Positions 56,567 through 64,000 of a stretch of 64,000 nt of DNA are shown here, piece after piece. The DNA is from an archaeon (GTDB taxonomy: Archaea > Undinarchaeota > Undinarchaeia > Undinarchaeales > JBDRKL01). Position 1 is the stretch's first letter. Each line of letters starts with the position of its first letter. Location: positions 1-64,000 of the forward strand of contig JBDRKL010000007.1 in NCBI GenBank assembly GCA_043814055.1. Reading direction: 5' to 3'. The position numbers and the translations under genes were made by a program. A model generated the notes under the pieces. That model saw nothing but the letters and a program-made list of their open reading frames with translations. It did no database searches and had not been told where the DNA came from.

Positions 56567-58072
56567 ATGAAAAAGCTGAAGACAAAACTTCTTGACATAG
56601 AGGCAGGAAAGCCCATAGTACTTTTAAACCGAGAGGATGCGACTGATATGTCCCTGCACATTGCTGACCGCGTCAGGGTTGGCGTGAGAGGGAAAACGCA
56701 GACAGCGATTGTTGACATTTCTGACAAATTTATCAAGCCAGGAGAAGTTGGAATATTTGATGAGATAGAAAAAAGGCTTGGCCTGAAGAGAGGCAACATA
56801 GTAGAGGTCAGGGTGGCGGATAGACCTGAATCTATTGATTATATTCGGAAGAAGATGGATGGAATGAAACTCACAGAGCTGGAATTGCTCTCAATAATAC
56901 AGGACATTGTTGATGACAACCTGAGCAGCGTTGAGATAAGCGCGTTCGTCGCGGCGTCATACATAAGGGGCTATGACATGGACGAGACCGCCGCAATGAC
57001 AAGAGCAATGGTTGCGACAGGAAAGCAGATAGACTTTGGAGATCATGTTGTTGACAAGCACTGCATCGGAGGCGTTGCTGGGAACAGGACCACAATGCTC
57101 GTGGTTCCAATCGTGGCTGCGGCTGGGCTTACCATACCCAAAACGAGCTCAAGAGCCATAACAAGCGCGGCAGGAACTGCTGACACTATGGAAGTCCTGG
57201 CAAATGTTGAATTCAAGGTTAACAAGATACGCGAGATTGTGAAGAAAACCGGCGGATGCATCGTATGGAGCGGTGCAGTTAATCTAGCGCCAGCGGATGA
57301 CAAAATAATAAGAGTCAGGTATCCGATGCTGCTTGACCCTGAAGGCCAGCTGCTCGCGAGCATAATGGCGAAGAAGAAGTCCATTGGGTCTGATTATGTT
57401 GTAATAGATATTCCAGTGGGTAAGGGCGCGAAAATATCAAACAAGAAAGATGGGAATGCTCTTGCAAAGAAGTTCATAGATTTGGGCAAACGTATTGGAA
57501 TAAAAGTTGAATGCCTTGTCACGGATGGGAGCGAGCCAATAGGGCGCGGCATAGGCCCGGGGCTTGAGGCGCGGGATGTCTTGCTTTGCCTGAACAATGA
57601 AGGGCCCCAGGATCTTTCTGAAAAAGCGTGCGAACTTGCTGGTGTGCTATTTGAGCTTTCAGGGAAGAGCAAGAGAGGACAGGGCAAGAAACGCGCACAG
57701 CGCCTTTTGGAGTCTGGCAAAGCCAAGAAAAAGATGATGGAAATCATAAAGGCACAGGGAGGAAACCCAAAAGTAACGCCTGAAGATATTAAAATTGGCA
57801 AATACACTCAAGTAGTTATTGCAGCACAGAATGGAAATGTGCACCACATAGATAATAAATTGCTTTCAAAGGTGGCAAGGGCTGCTGGAGCTCCTAAGGA
57901 CCATCAGGCTGGGATATATCTTCACACATCGCTGGGAAAAACGATTGAAGCGGGAATGCCGTTGTTCACGATATATGCCAGGGACAAGGAGAAACTTAAG
58001 GATGCTGTTGAACTAACAAAAAGGTATAATCCCGTGCAGGTAGGCGGGTTGACGCTAGAGGCGCTGGAATGA
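56567..58072 (+). CDS. AMP phosphorylase (archaeal thymidine phosphorylase family)
   Basis: DKHCIGGVAGNRTT, PKTSSRAITSAAGTADTME, LAPADDKII, SIMAKK, ARAAGAPKD. Confidence 0.95.
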   Translation: MKKLKTKLLDIEAGKPIVLLNREDATDMSLHIADRVRVGVRGKTQTAIVDISDKFIKPGEVGIFDEIEKRLGLKRGNIVEVRVADRPESIDYIRKKMDGMKLTELELLSIIQDIVDDNLSSVEISAFVAASYIRGYDMDETAAMTRAMVATGKQIDFGDHVVDKHCIGGVAGNRTTMLVVPIVAAAGLTIPKTSSRAITSAAGTADTMEVLANVEFKVNKIREIVKKTGGCIVWSGAVNLAPADDKIIRVRYPMLLDPEGQLLASIMAKKKSIGSDYVVIDIPVGKGAKISNKKDGNALAKKFIDLGKRIGIKVECLVTDGSEPIGRGIGPGLEARDVLLCLNNEGPQDLSEKACELAGVLFELSGKSKRGQGKKRAQRLLESGKAKKKMMEIIKAQGGNPKVTPEDIKIGKYTQVVIAAQNGNVHHIDNKLLSKVARAAGAPKDHQAGIYLHTSLGKTIEAGMPLFTIYARDKEKLKDAVELTKRYNPVQVGGLTLEALE

Positions 58073-59748
58073 AAATGAAAAACAGAAAAGGGCAGGAAGG
58101 TGGCGGGCTTGGTACAATGATATGGTTCATAATAGCCTTCTTCATATTTTTCCTGCTCCTCCCCATAATAACAAGCGTGGGGGGAAGCGTTCTTGACAGC
58201 CTCAACCTTATGGTATACGAACCAGGGTTTGACCCTGCATTTTCGTGGCAGGAACAGGAGAGCAGGCCGATGTACCCAGAATCACTGCAGGTTGATAGGG
58301 AAGGCAGAATATACTTTTTTATCAAGGAATCCGATTATGAGATTACGCTGATACAGGTTGACGCGGGTGGCTCTTATTATGATGAACTGCAAACATTTCC
58401 AAGCACGGAATCGCAACAGATTTTTCCGAGCTCATTGCGGGTTAGTGAAGATGGCAAGGAGTTTTATTTTGCGGGCTTGTATGCTGTTAGAGATGATGAT
58501 TATTTTAGGATAAGAAAATACCTCAGGGGCGAGACAAGTTTGGGGGATGACCAATATGAGTTACTCAATAAAGACAGCAGCAAAATTTACCCCGAGACAT
58601 TGATGCTGAGCGAATGGAACGACGTGTATTTCGGGAAGAGGTATGACAGCAAACAGGTTGACATTTACAAGGTGGGAACTGGAAACACCGAGGTGCTCAC
58701 GTATTCCTATGACTGGGACTCAAGCAACAACAAGGAGAATAAAATGGACACGTGGTCGCTCTCTGTTGACAAGTACGGCGACTTCACTTTCATAACCGAG
58801 GATAACTGGGGGAATTCTCCCGACAACGCATACATAAAAAGATATGATTATTCGGAAAACGCGCTGAATACCATTTACGAGTGGAATGACCAGGGAGAGG
58901 ACGAGCACGACATATTCACGGATTCTGTAACAACCGCAAATAATGGGAAAACTTATTTCTTTGTTCGAGCCGAGGACAAAGACAAGGTAAGCTTTAGGCG
59001 GGTTGGGGCAATTGACAGTTTTGCCCCGCTTGCAAAATGGGACTTCCACGAAACAAAGCCGATTCAGACAAACTCTGTAACGATTGGCTGGGATGAAAAT
59101 GCTTATTTCGTGTACAAGGATGATGACTCTAGGTACAACATAGGGAAGGTTGACTTGCCGGCTGACGCGCATGAGGTTGACTCGGATGGCGATGGCCTTA
59201 CAGACAAGGAGGAGGCTGCTAGCGGGACTGATCCAATGAAAGCAGACACTGATGGGGATATGTATACTGACTTCTTTGAGATACGCTCAGGGTCAGACCC
59301 GACGAATTCCAGTGTCATAGCGATGGAGAAGGCAACATACGCTGACAGCATTGACAGCTGTGTTGAAGATGAAGACCACGAGGGATATTGCAACCGCACA
59401 CAGATTCTTGTCTTTGACGAGGACTTAGAAAACATTATAAACATAAAGGCGTGCGGTGTGAGAGGCGGTGGCGATGGCTGCCTTGCTGAAGCAAACATAC
59501 AATTTTGGTATAATAGCAGCGCCACAGGAAACTATGTGGACATTGGCATTAGCGGGTACGCAGCATCCGGCTTGCCGAACTGGAACTGCTTGGAAAAGGC
59601 ATTCGCTCCCAGCAGTTCAGTGAATAGCAATGCTTTAAAGGGCAGAATAAAAGAGGAACAAGGGAGTTGGGCTGCCTCGTGCAAATATCTGGACGCCCTG
59701 AGCGTGACCATTACGTATATGACGCCTGCAGAGCAGGACGTGGTGTGA
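58069..59748 (+). CDS. Class III signal-peptide adhesin with propeller-like repeats, TSP3-like Ca-binding repeats and GGE-C module
   Basis: KNRKG/QEGGGLGTMIWFII; repeated (I/M)xPxSL.V...G..YF blades; DSDGDGLTDKEE...DTDGDMYTD; CGVRGGGDGC...CKYLD. Confidence 0.85.
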   Translation: MKMKNRKGQEGGGLGTMIWFIIAFFIFFLLLPIITSVGGSVLDSLNLMVYEPGFDPAFSWQEQESRPMYPESLQVDREGRIYFFIKESDYEITLIQVDAGGSYYDELQTFPSTESQQIFPSSLRVSEDGKEFYFAGLYAVRDDDYFRIRKYLRGETSLGDDQYELLNKDSSKIYPETLMLSEWNDVYFGKRYDSKQVDIYKVGTGNTEVLTYSYDWDSSNNKENKMDTWSLSVDKYGDFTFITEDNWGNSPDNAYIKRYDYSENALNTIYEWNDQGEDEHDIFTDSVTTANNGKTYFFVRAEDKDKVSFRRVGAIDSFAPLAKWDFHETKPIQTNSVTIGWDENAYFVYKDDDSRYNIGKVDLPADAHEVDSDGDGLTDKEEAASGTDPMKADTDGDMYTDFFEIRSGSDPTNSSVIAMEKATYADSIDSCVEDEDHEGYCNRTQILVFDEDLENIINIKACGVRGGGDGCLAEANIQFWYNSSATGNYVDIGISGYAASGLPNWNCLEKAFAPSSSVNSNALKGRIKEEQGSWAASCKYLDALSVTITYMTPAEQDVV

Positions 59749-59776
59749 GGAAAACAATATAAATAAGAGAGGATTA

Positions 59777-60136
59777 ATGCGAAAGATGGGCAAAAACTAC
59801 ATATTTAAAATCGGCGGCGGGCTTTTCGTGGCCTCGGGTGCCTTGGGCTTGTTCTTTTGGATACTGTCAATTCTTGGGCAGTTTGAGTCAGTAATACCAG
59901 CGGCAAAAGCGCTGTCCGGTCTTGGCGGGCTTGAGATGCTCAAATCCATAATCATACTTGTTGGCAGCATTTTAGTTTCTGTTGGGTTCGTGCTTGCCGG
60001 CCTTGTTTTCATAAAGATACCGAGCGCGATAAGCGGCGGTGACTTTAACGAGGTCAACGAGAAAGTGAACCGCCTGCAGACCGTGGTCTGGAAGCTCCTG
60101 CAGAAAGTCAAGCAGGAAAAAAGCGTGGAAGGCTAA
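59777..60136 (+). CDS. Small two-TM protein
   Basis: Two hydrophobic helices plus a short coiled tail. Confidence 0.6.
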   Translation: MRKMGKNYIFKIGGGLFVASGALGLFFWILSILGQFESVIPAAKALSGLGGLEMLKSIIILVGSILVSVGFVLAGLVFIKIPSAISGGDFNEVNEKVNRLQTVVWKLLQKVKQEKSVEG

Positions 60137-60184
60137 TACACAAAGTTTAAATTAGGGCCTGCGGCTATATTTTAAAGGGGAGAA

Positions 60185-61372
60185 ATGATTTGGATATATC
60201 CGATACTATACGTGGTACTCTTTGTTACCATGTGCTTCCTCTATACGTTCTTTGAGAACAAGGAGCACAAAAATCCAGGTGGCAAGTGCACTGAGAAGGT
60301 TAGCATACTTGTTCCAGCTTATAACGAGGAGGAAGGCATAGCGCGGCTGTTGGACTCGCTTCTTGACCTTGATTACAAAAACAAGGAAATCGTGGTTATT
60401 GACGATGGTAGCAAAGACAAAACGTACGAGATAGCGAGCAAGTACAAGCGGCGAGGCGTTAAGGTTTTCAAAAAGGAGAATGGCGGCAAGGCGAACGCGC
60501 TGAACTATGGGCTGAAGCACTGCACAGGGGAATTCATATTCACTATTGATGCTGATTGCGTTGTGGACAAGAAAACCCTGAAAAAGATGGTGCGGTTCTT
60601 CAAGAATCCTGAAGTAATGGCGGTTGTGCCGTCTTTGAGGGTTTACAAACCAAGAAAGATTATTGAAAGGGTGCAGGCAGTTGAGTATATAATTACGTCG
60701 TTCAACAGGAAAATGCTCTCGTTTATGCAGGCGCTCAATGTTGTGCCAGGCGCGCCTATGTACAGGGCAAGCTTTTTCAGGAAGCATGGCAAATTTGACG
60801 AGACCACGATGACCGAGGACCTTGAGATGGGAATGAGAATGCAGTCTAAGGGATACAAGATTGATTTTGCGTGGGACGCCCCTGTCTTGACTAAGGTTCC
60901 GAAAACCATGGTGAGCCTGTTCAGGCAAAGACGGCGATGGGGCTATGGGTTTCTTGAAAACTTTATGAAGTACAGGAAGATGGTTGGCCTGAAGTATGGT
61001 GAGCTGGGCCTGTTCTACCTGCCTGCGATGTTTTTCTTTGCAGTATATCCTGGAATTTTTTTGGTGTACCTGATAAGCTGGCTTTTTGAAAAATCAGTTA
61101 CGTCCGCATATTATCTTTCAGCTGTCAATTATGATGTTGCATACGCTGTCACTACTGGAACAATGGAGTTCCTGCTCAACCCAAGATTCTTCCTTTTAGT
61201 CTGCAGCGTCATAATGGGACTAACTGTGTATTACCTGGCAAAGACCCACATAAAGGAGCGGAAGTTTAAAATAGATTATATCGCCTATGCACTCGTGTAC
61301 GGGTGGGTGCTGGCTCTGTTCCAGCTTTTCGTACTGTTAATATTCATACTTAGGAGGAAACCAAAATGGTGA
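60185..61372 (+). CDS. Processive GT2 glycosyltransferase (PgaC/cellulose synthase-like)
   Basis: VPAYNEE, DDGS.D, GGKANALN, DAD, TED, QRRRW, C-terminal TMs. Confidence 0.93.
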   Translation: MIWIYPILYVVLFVTMCFLYTFFENKEHKNPGGKCTEKVSILVPAYNEEEGIARLLDSLLDLDYKNKEIVVIDDGSKDKTYEIASKYKRRGVKVFKKENGGKANALNYGLKHCTGEFIFTIDADCVVDKKTLKKMVRFFKNPEVMAVVPSLRVYKPRKIIERVQAVEYIITSFNRKMLSFMQALNVVPGAPMYRASFFRKHGKFDETTMTEDLEMGMRMQSKGYKIDFAWDAPVLTKVPKTMVSLFRQRRRWGYGFLENFMKYRKMVGLKYGELGLFYLPAMFFFAVYPGIFLVYLISWLFEKSVTSAYYLSAVNYDVAYAVTTGTMEFLLNPRFFLLVCSVIMGLTVYYLAKTHIKERKFKIDYIAYALVYGWVLALFQLFVLLIFILRRKPKW

Positions 61373-62004
61373 GAAGACAAATAGACAAGAAAAAGTACAT
61401 AACAATACTAAGCGCAACCACGCTCATATTCCTGGTTGGAATAATGCTGGGGCAGCAAATCGCAGAGGCCAGGATTAATGAGGTTATCCAATTTGAGGAC
61501 GCGCTTGGTGAGGAGGCGCTCGCTCTTGACCTGAAAAAAGAGTTGCTGGCAGAGAACATATGCGAGATAGATGTTCTTGACAGTTTCAGGGAGAAAAACG
61601 TGCTCGGGGAAAGGCTGAGCCTGCTAGAGGCGCGGCTTGGGTCGGATGATCAGCAAGTCCAGAAGCTGAAAAACAAGTATTCGTTGCTCTCCATACAGCA
61701 GTACCTCTTGGTAAAGCAATATAAGGAGGAATGCGATGACAGCGTGAGCATAATCCTTTTCTTTTACTCAAATGAAGACGCAAAAGCAGAGTCAAAAGCG
61801 CAGGGCGGGGCGCTTGATTATGTTTATAGTAGGCACCCAGATGACACTGTAATTTACGCGTTTGACATAAACATAAAAAATCCTGCGACAACCAGCCTGA
61901 TGGAGCTGAACAACATAAAGAGCGCACCGTCAGTAGTTATAAATGGGGCACTGCATCAGGGCGTACTGAGCGCAAGCGAAGTGGAGGCGCTGTTTAAGGA
62001 TTAA
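61366..62004 (+). CDS. Membrane-anchored protein with C-terminal thioredoxin-like fold
   Basis: N-terminal TM; ILFFYS...QG..LD...IYAFD...APSVVING. Confidence 0.65.
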   Translation: MVRRQIDKKKYITILSATTLIFLVGIMLGQQIAEARINEVIQFEDALGEEALALDLKKELLAENICEIDVLDSFREKNVLGERLSLLEARLGSDDQQVQKLKNKYSLLSIQQYLLVKQYKEECDDSVSIILFFYSNEDAKAESKAQGGALDYVYSRHPDDTVIYAFDINIKNPATTSLMELNNIKSAPSVVINGALHQGVLSASEVEALFKD

Positions 62005-62005
62005 A

Positions 62006-62881
62006 ATGAAAGTACTTGTTACCGGCGGAGCAGGATTTGTAGGTTCCTATGTAGTTAGGAAACTGGCTGAAAACGGGCATGACGTTGCTGTGTTTGACAG
62101 CCTTGCAAAAGAGGGCACAGTAGCTAGCGATGTTAAATTCATTAGGGGGGACATCACCAATGCCTCAGATGTAAATGCTGCCTTCAAAGGGCGAGAGGGT
62201 ATTATACACCTCGCAGCACAGACACAGGTCCAAGAATCTATCAAGAATCCGGTAAAAGATGCAACAATTAACATACTCGGCACACTGAATTGCTTGAACG
62301 CTGCTGTAAATTCAACTGTTGAAAAATTTGTATCATTCAGCTCAGCTGCGGCTTACGGCGAGCCAAAAGAGCTGCCGCTCAAGGAAGAAACACCCTGCGA
62401 ACCAATATCCCCTTACGGCGCGTCTAAACTGGCGACTGAAACGTATTGCAATGCATTTTCAAAAATTCATAATTTAGATACAATTGTACTGCGGCCGTTT
62501 AACATATATGGGAAAGGGGGCGGAGGCGTTATTCCTTTGTTCCTTGGACGAATTCAAAATGAGGAATCGTTTACAATGTACGGGGATGGAACACAGACAA
62601 GGGATTACATATATGTTGAAGATATCGTGAATGGCTGCATTTTAGCCCTGGAAAAAGGGAAGAGAGGGGTGTATAATATTGGAACCGGGATTGAGACATC
62701 GCTTAACGAGCTTATTGAGACCATGGGGAAGGTTACTGGGAAGAAACCAGATGTTAAGCTAGGAGAACATCTTGAAGGGGACATCCAAAGGAGTGTTGCA
62801 GACATAATCAAGATAAAGAAAGATCTGGGCTTTGAGCCGAAGTATTCTTTGGAGGACGGACTCAGAGAGATGGTAAAATGA
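62006..62881 (+). CDS. NAD-dependent sugar epimerase/dehydratase (GalE-like)
   Basis: VTGGAGFVGS, HLAA, SSAAAYG, YGASK, GDGTQTRDYIYV. Confidence 0.93.
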   Translation: MKVLVTGGAGFVGSYVVRKLAENGHDVAVFDSLAKEGTVASDVKFIRGDITNASDVNAAFKGREGIIHLAAQTQVQESIKNPVKDATINILGTLNCLNAAVNSTVEKFVSFSSAAAYGEPKELPLKEETPCEPISPYGASKLATETYCNAFSKIHNLDTIVLRPFNIYGKGGGGVIPLFLGRIQNEESFTMYGDGTQTRDYIYVEDIVNGCILALEKGKRGVYNIGTGIETSLNELIETMGKVTGKKPDVKLGEHLEGDIQRSVADIIKIKKDLGFEPKYSLEDGLREMVK

Positions 62882-63567
62882 GTGAGAAACTTGCTTTTGT
62901 GATTCCAGCGTATAATGAGGAAAAAACACTTGGACTTACACTGGATGACGTGAAAAAGAATTTTCCAAAAGCAGAGATTTTCGTGGTTGATGATGGCTCT
63001 GCAGACAAGACACGGGAAATTGCAAAGAGCAAAAAAGTCCATGTTCTGCAACACGTCATAAACAGGGGATTAGGTGCAGCGCTTGGCACGGGGATAATTG
63101 CGGCGATAGCATACAAGGCGGATTATATTGTTACTTTTGATGCAGACCTGCAGCATACTGGGAAAGACGTGAATCGACTTATAGAACCGCTTAAAAAAGG
63201 CAAGGCAGATGTTTCGCTTGGCTCAAGATTTTTGGACAAAAAGGACCTTGAAATGATGCCCGCTGTCAAGAGAATAGGCAACAGCACGCTTACTGGAATA
63301 ACAAACATTCTCGCCGGAACGAAAGTAACTGACTCGCAAAGCGGGTTGCGAGGTTTTACAAGACAGGCTGCGGAAAAGCTGATGATAATTTGCGATAAGT
63401 ATGAGGTGAGCTCGGAAATCATATACGAGCTCGGCAAAAAACACCTGAGAATTGTTGAGGTTCCAATAAAAGCTATATACTACGATGTCAAAAAGGGAAC
63501 CACGATAAAATCAGGCGTTCACATTGCGTGGAGCATGGTGCTTAAAAAGATAGGTGTTAAAAGATGA
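62878..63567 (+). CDS. DPM1-like GT2 glycosyltransferase
   Basis: IPAYNEE, VDDGSAD, NRGLGAA, FDADLQH, GSRF, TDSQSGLR. Confidence 0.93.
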   Translation: MSEKLAFVIPAYNEEKTLGLTLDDVKKNFPKAEIFVVDDGSADKTREIAKSKKVHVLQHVINRGLGAALGTGIIAAIAYKADYIVTFDADLQHTGKDVNRLIEPLKKGKADVSLGSRFLDKKDLEMMPAVKRIGNSTLTGITNILAGTKVTDSQSGLRGFTRQAAEKLMIICDKYEVSSEIIYELGKKHLRIVEVPIKAIYYDVKKGTTIKSGVHIAWSMVLKKIGVKR

Positions 63568-63908
63568 TACTAATAAGTGGAATACAAGTGATAGGAATTG
63601 TTCTTGCAGGATTGATATTCTATGAAGCGCGAGTTCTTTACAAGGTTGGAAAGTTCAAGAAGCGCGACTTTGGGATGTGGACAACGATTGCGCTGGGTCT
63701 GGTTGTGTTTTCAGCAGCCCCGGCCATGATGGCAGGGTTTGTGAACTTGTTCGCCAATGTCACGAGGGGACTGGACGCGCTCATTCTGTTCGCGCTATTC
63801 GGGGCGTATGCGCTGGTTTTCCAGGTTTATATCAGGATTCAGGAGACGAACAGGCAGATAACCGAGCTTGTGAGGAAAGTTGCGATTGAACTGGAGAAGA
63901 AAAAATAA
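63564..63908 (+). CDS. DUF2304 family membrane protein
   Basis: IQVIGI...W...RGLD...IT.LVRK.AI; usual partner of DPM1-like GT2. Confidence 0.8.
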   Translation: MILISGIQVIGIVLAGLIFYEARVLYKVGKFKKRDFGMWTTIALGLVVFSAAPAMMAGFVNLFANVTRGLDALILFALFGAYALVFQVYIRIQETNRQITELVRKVAIELEKKK

Positions 63909-64000
63909 GCGACTCAATTTAGTTTAAAGAGCTTAGTCCATTTGTATTTCGCCAAATGTTTTTACAATAACATCAAGATCGTCTTGTGAAAGATACTGGT

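Noticed and set aside
56376-56570. 64-aa CDS as a confident gene
   Set aside because: No recognisable motif, and the region is dominated by inverted repeats; kept only as a structured-spacer finding.
3747-63889. Numerous short ORFs antisense or out of frame to recognised genes (e.g. 3747..4358, 32859..33527, 42775..43395, 60206..60928)
   Set aside because: Shadow ORFs fully overlapping well-supported genes.

Overview
Archaeal chromosomal segment, most likely a DPANN lineage. This is inferred from the fused PriS-PriL primase, the AMP phosphorylase/R15P isomerase pair and the DPANN-style type IV pilus locus. It carries core genes (RPA14-like, PCNA, primase, GINS, L44e, S27e, aIF2-alpha, Nop10, PAC2, pelota, Dph5, Alba, dcd), a decarboxylase/DHS-like/agmatinase polyamine operon, an MNT-HEPN pair and a surface-glycan cluster. 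Two things stand out. (1) A large surface-protein system: a type IV pilus locus with about 15 class III signal-peptide proteins, a tandem array of five paralogous lipoproteins plus a 1115-aa membrane paralog, and several adhesin-like proteins. These share two small recurring domains that I cannot name: a defensin-like CC-x3-C...CxC Cys module (7 proteins, including two pilins) and a 'CGxxGGExxC...CxYLD' module (5 proteins). (2) A recurring non-coding pattern in which short hairpin-rich inserts sit directly at gene stop codons and are followed by a diverged second copy of the gene's last codons (primase, dph5 twice, DUF357, the 40243 ORF, and weaker cases). No tRNA, rRNA, CRISPR array or transposase was recognised. 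All family assignments are from motif recognition by eye; no database searches were run.
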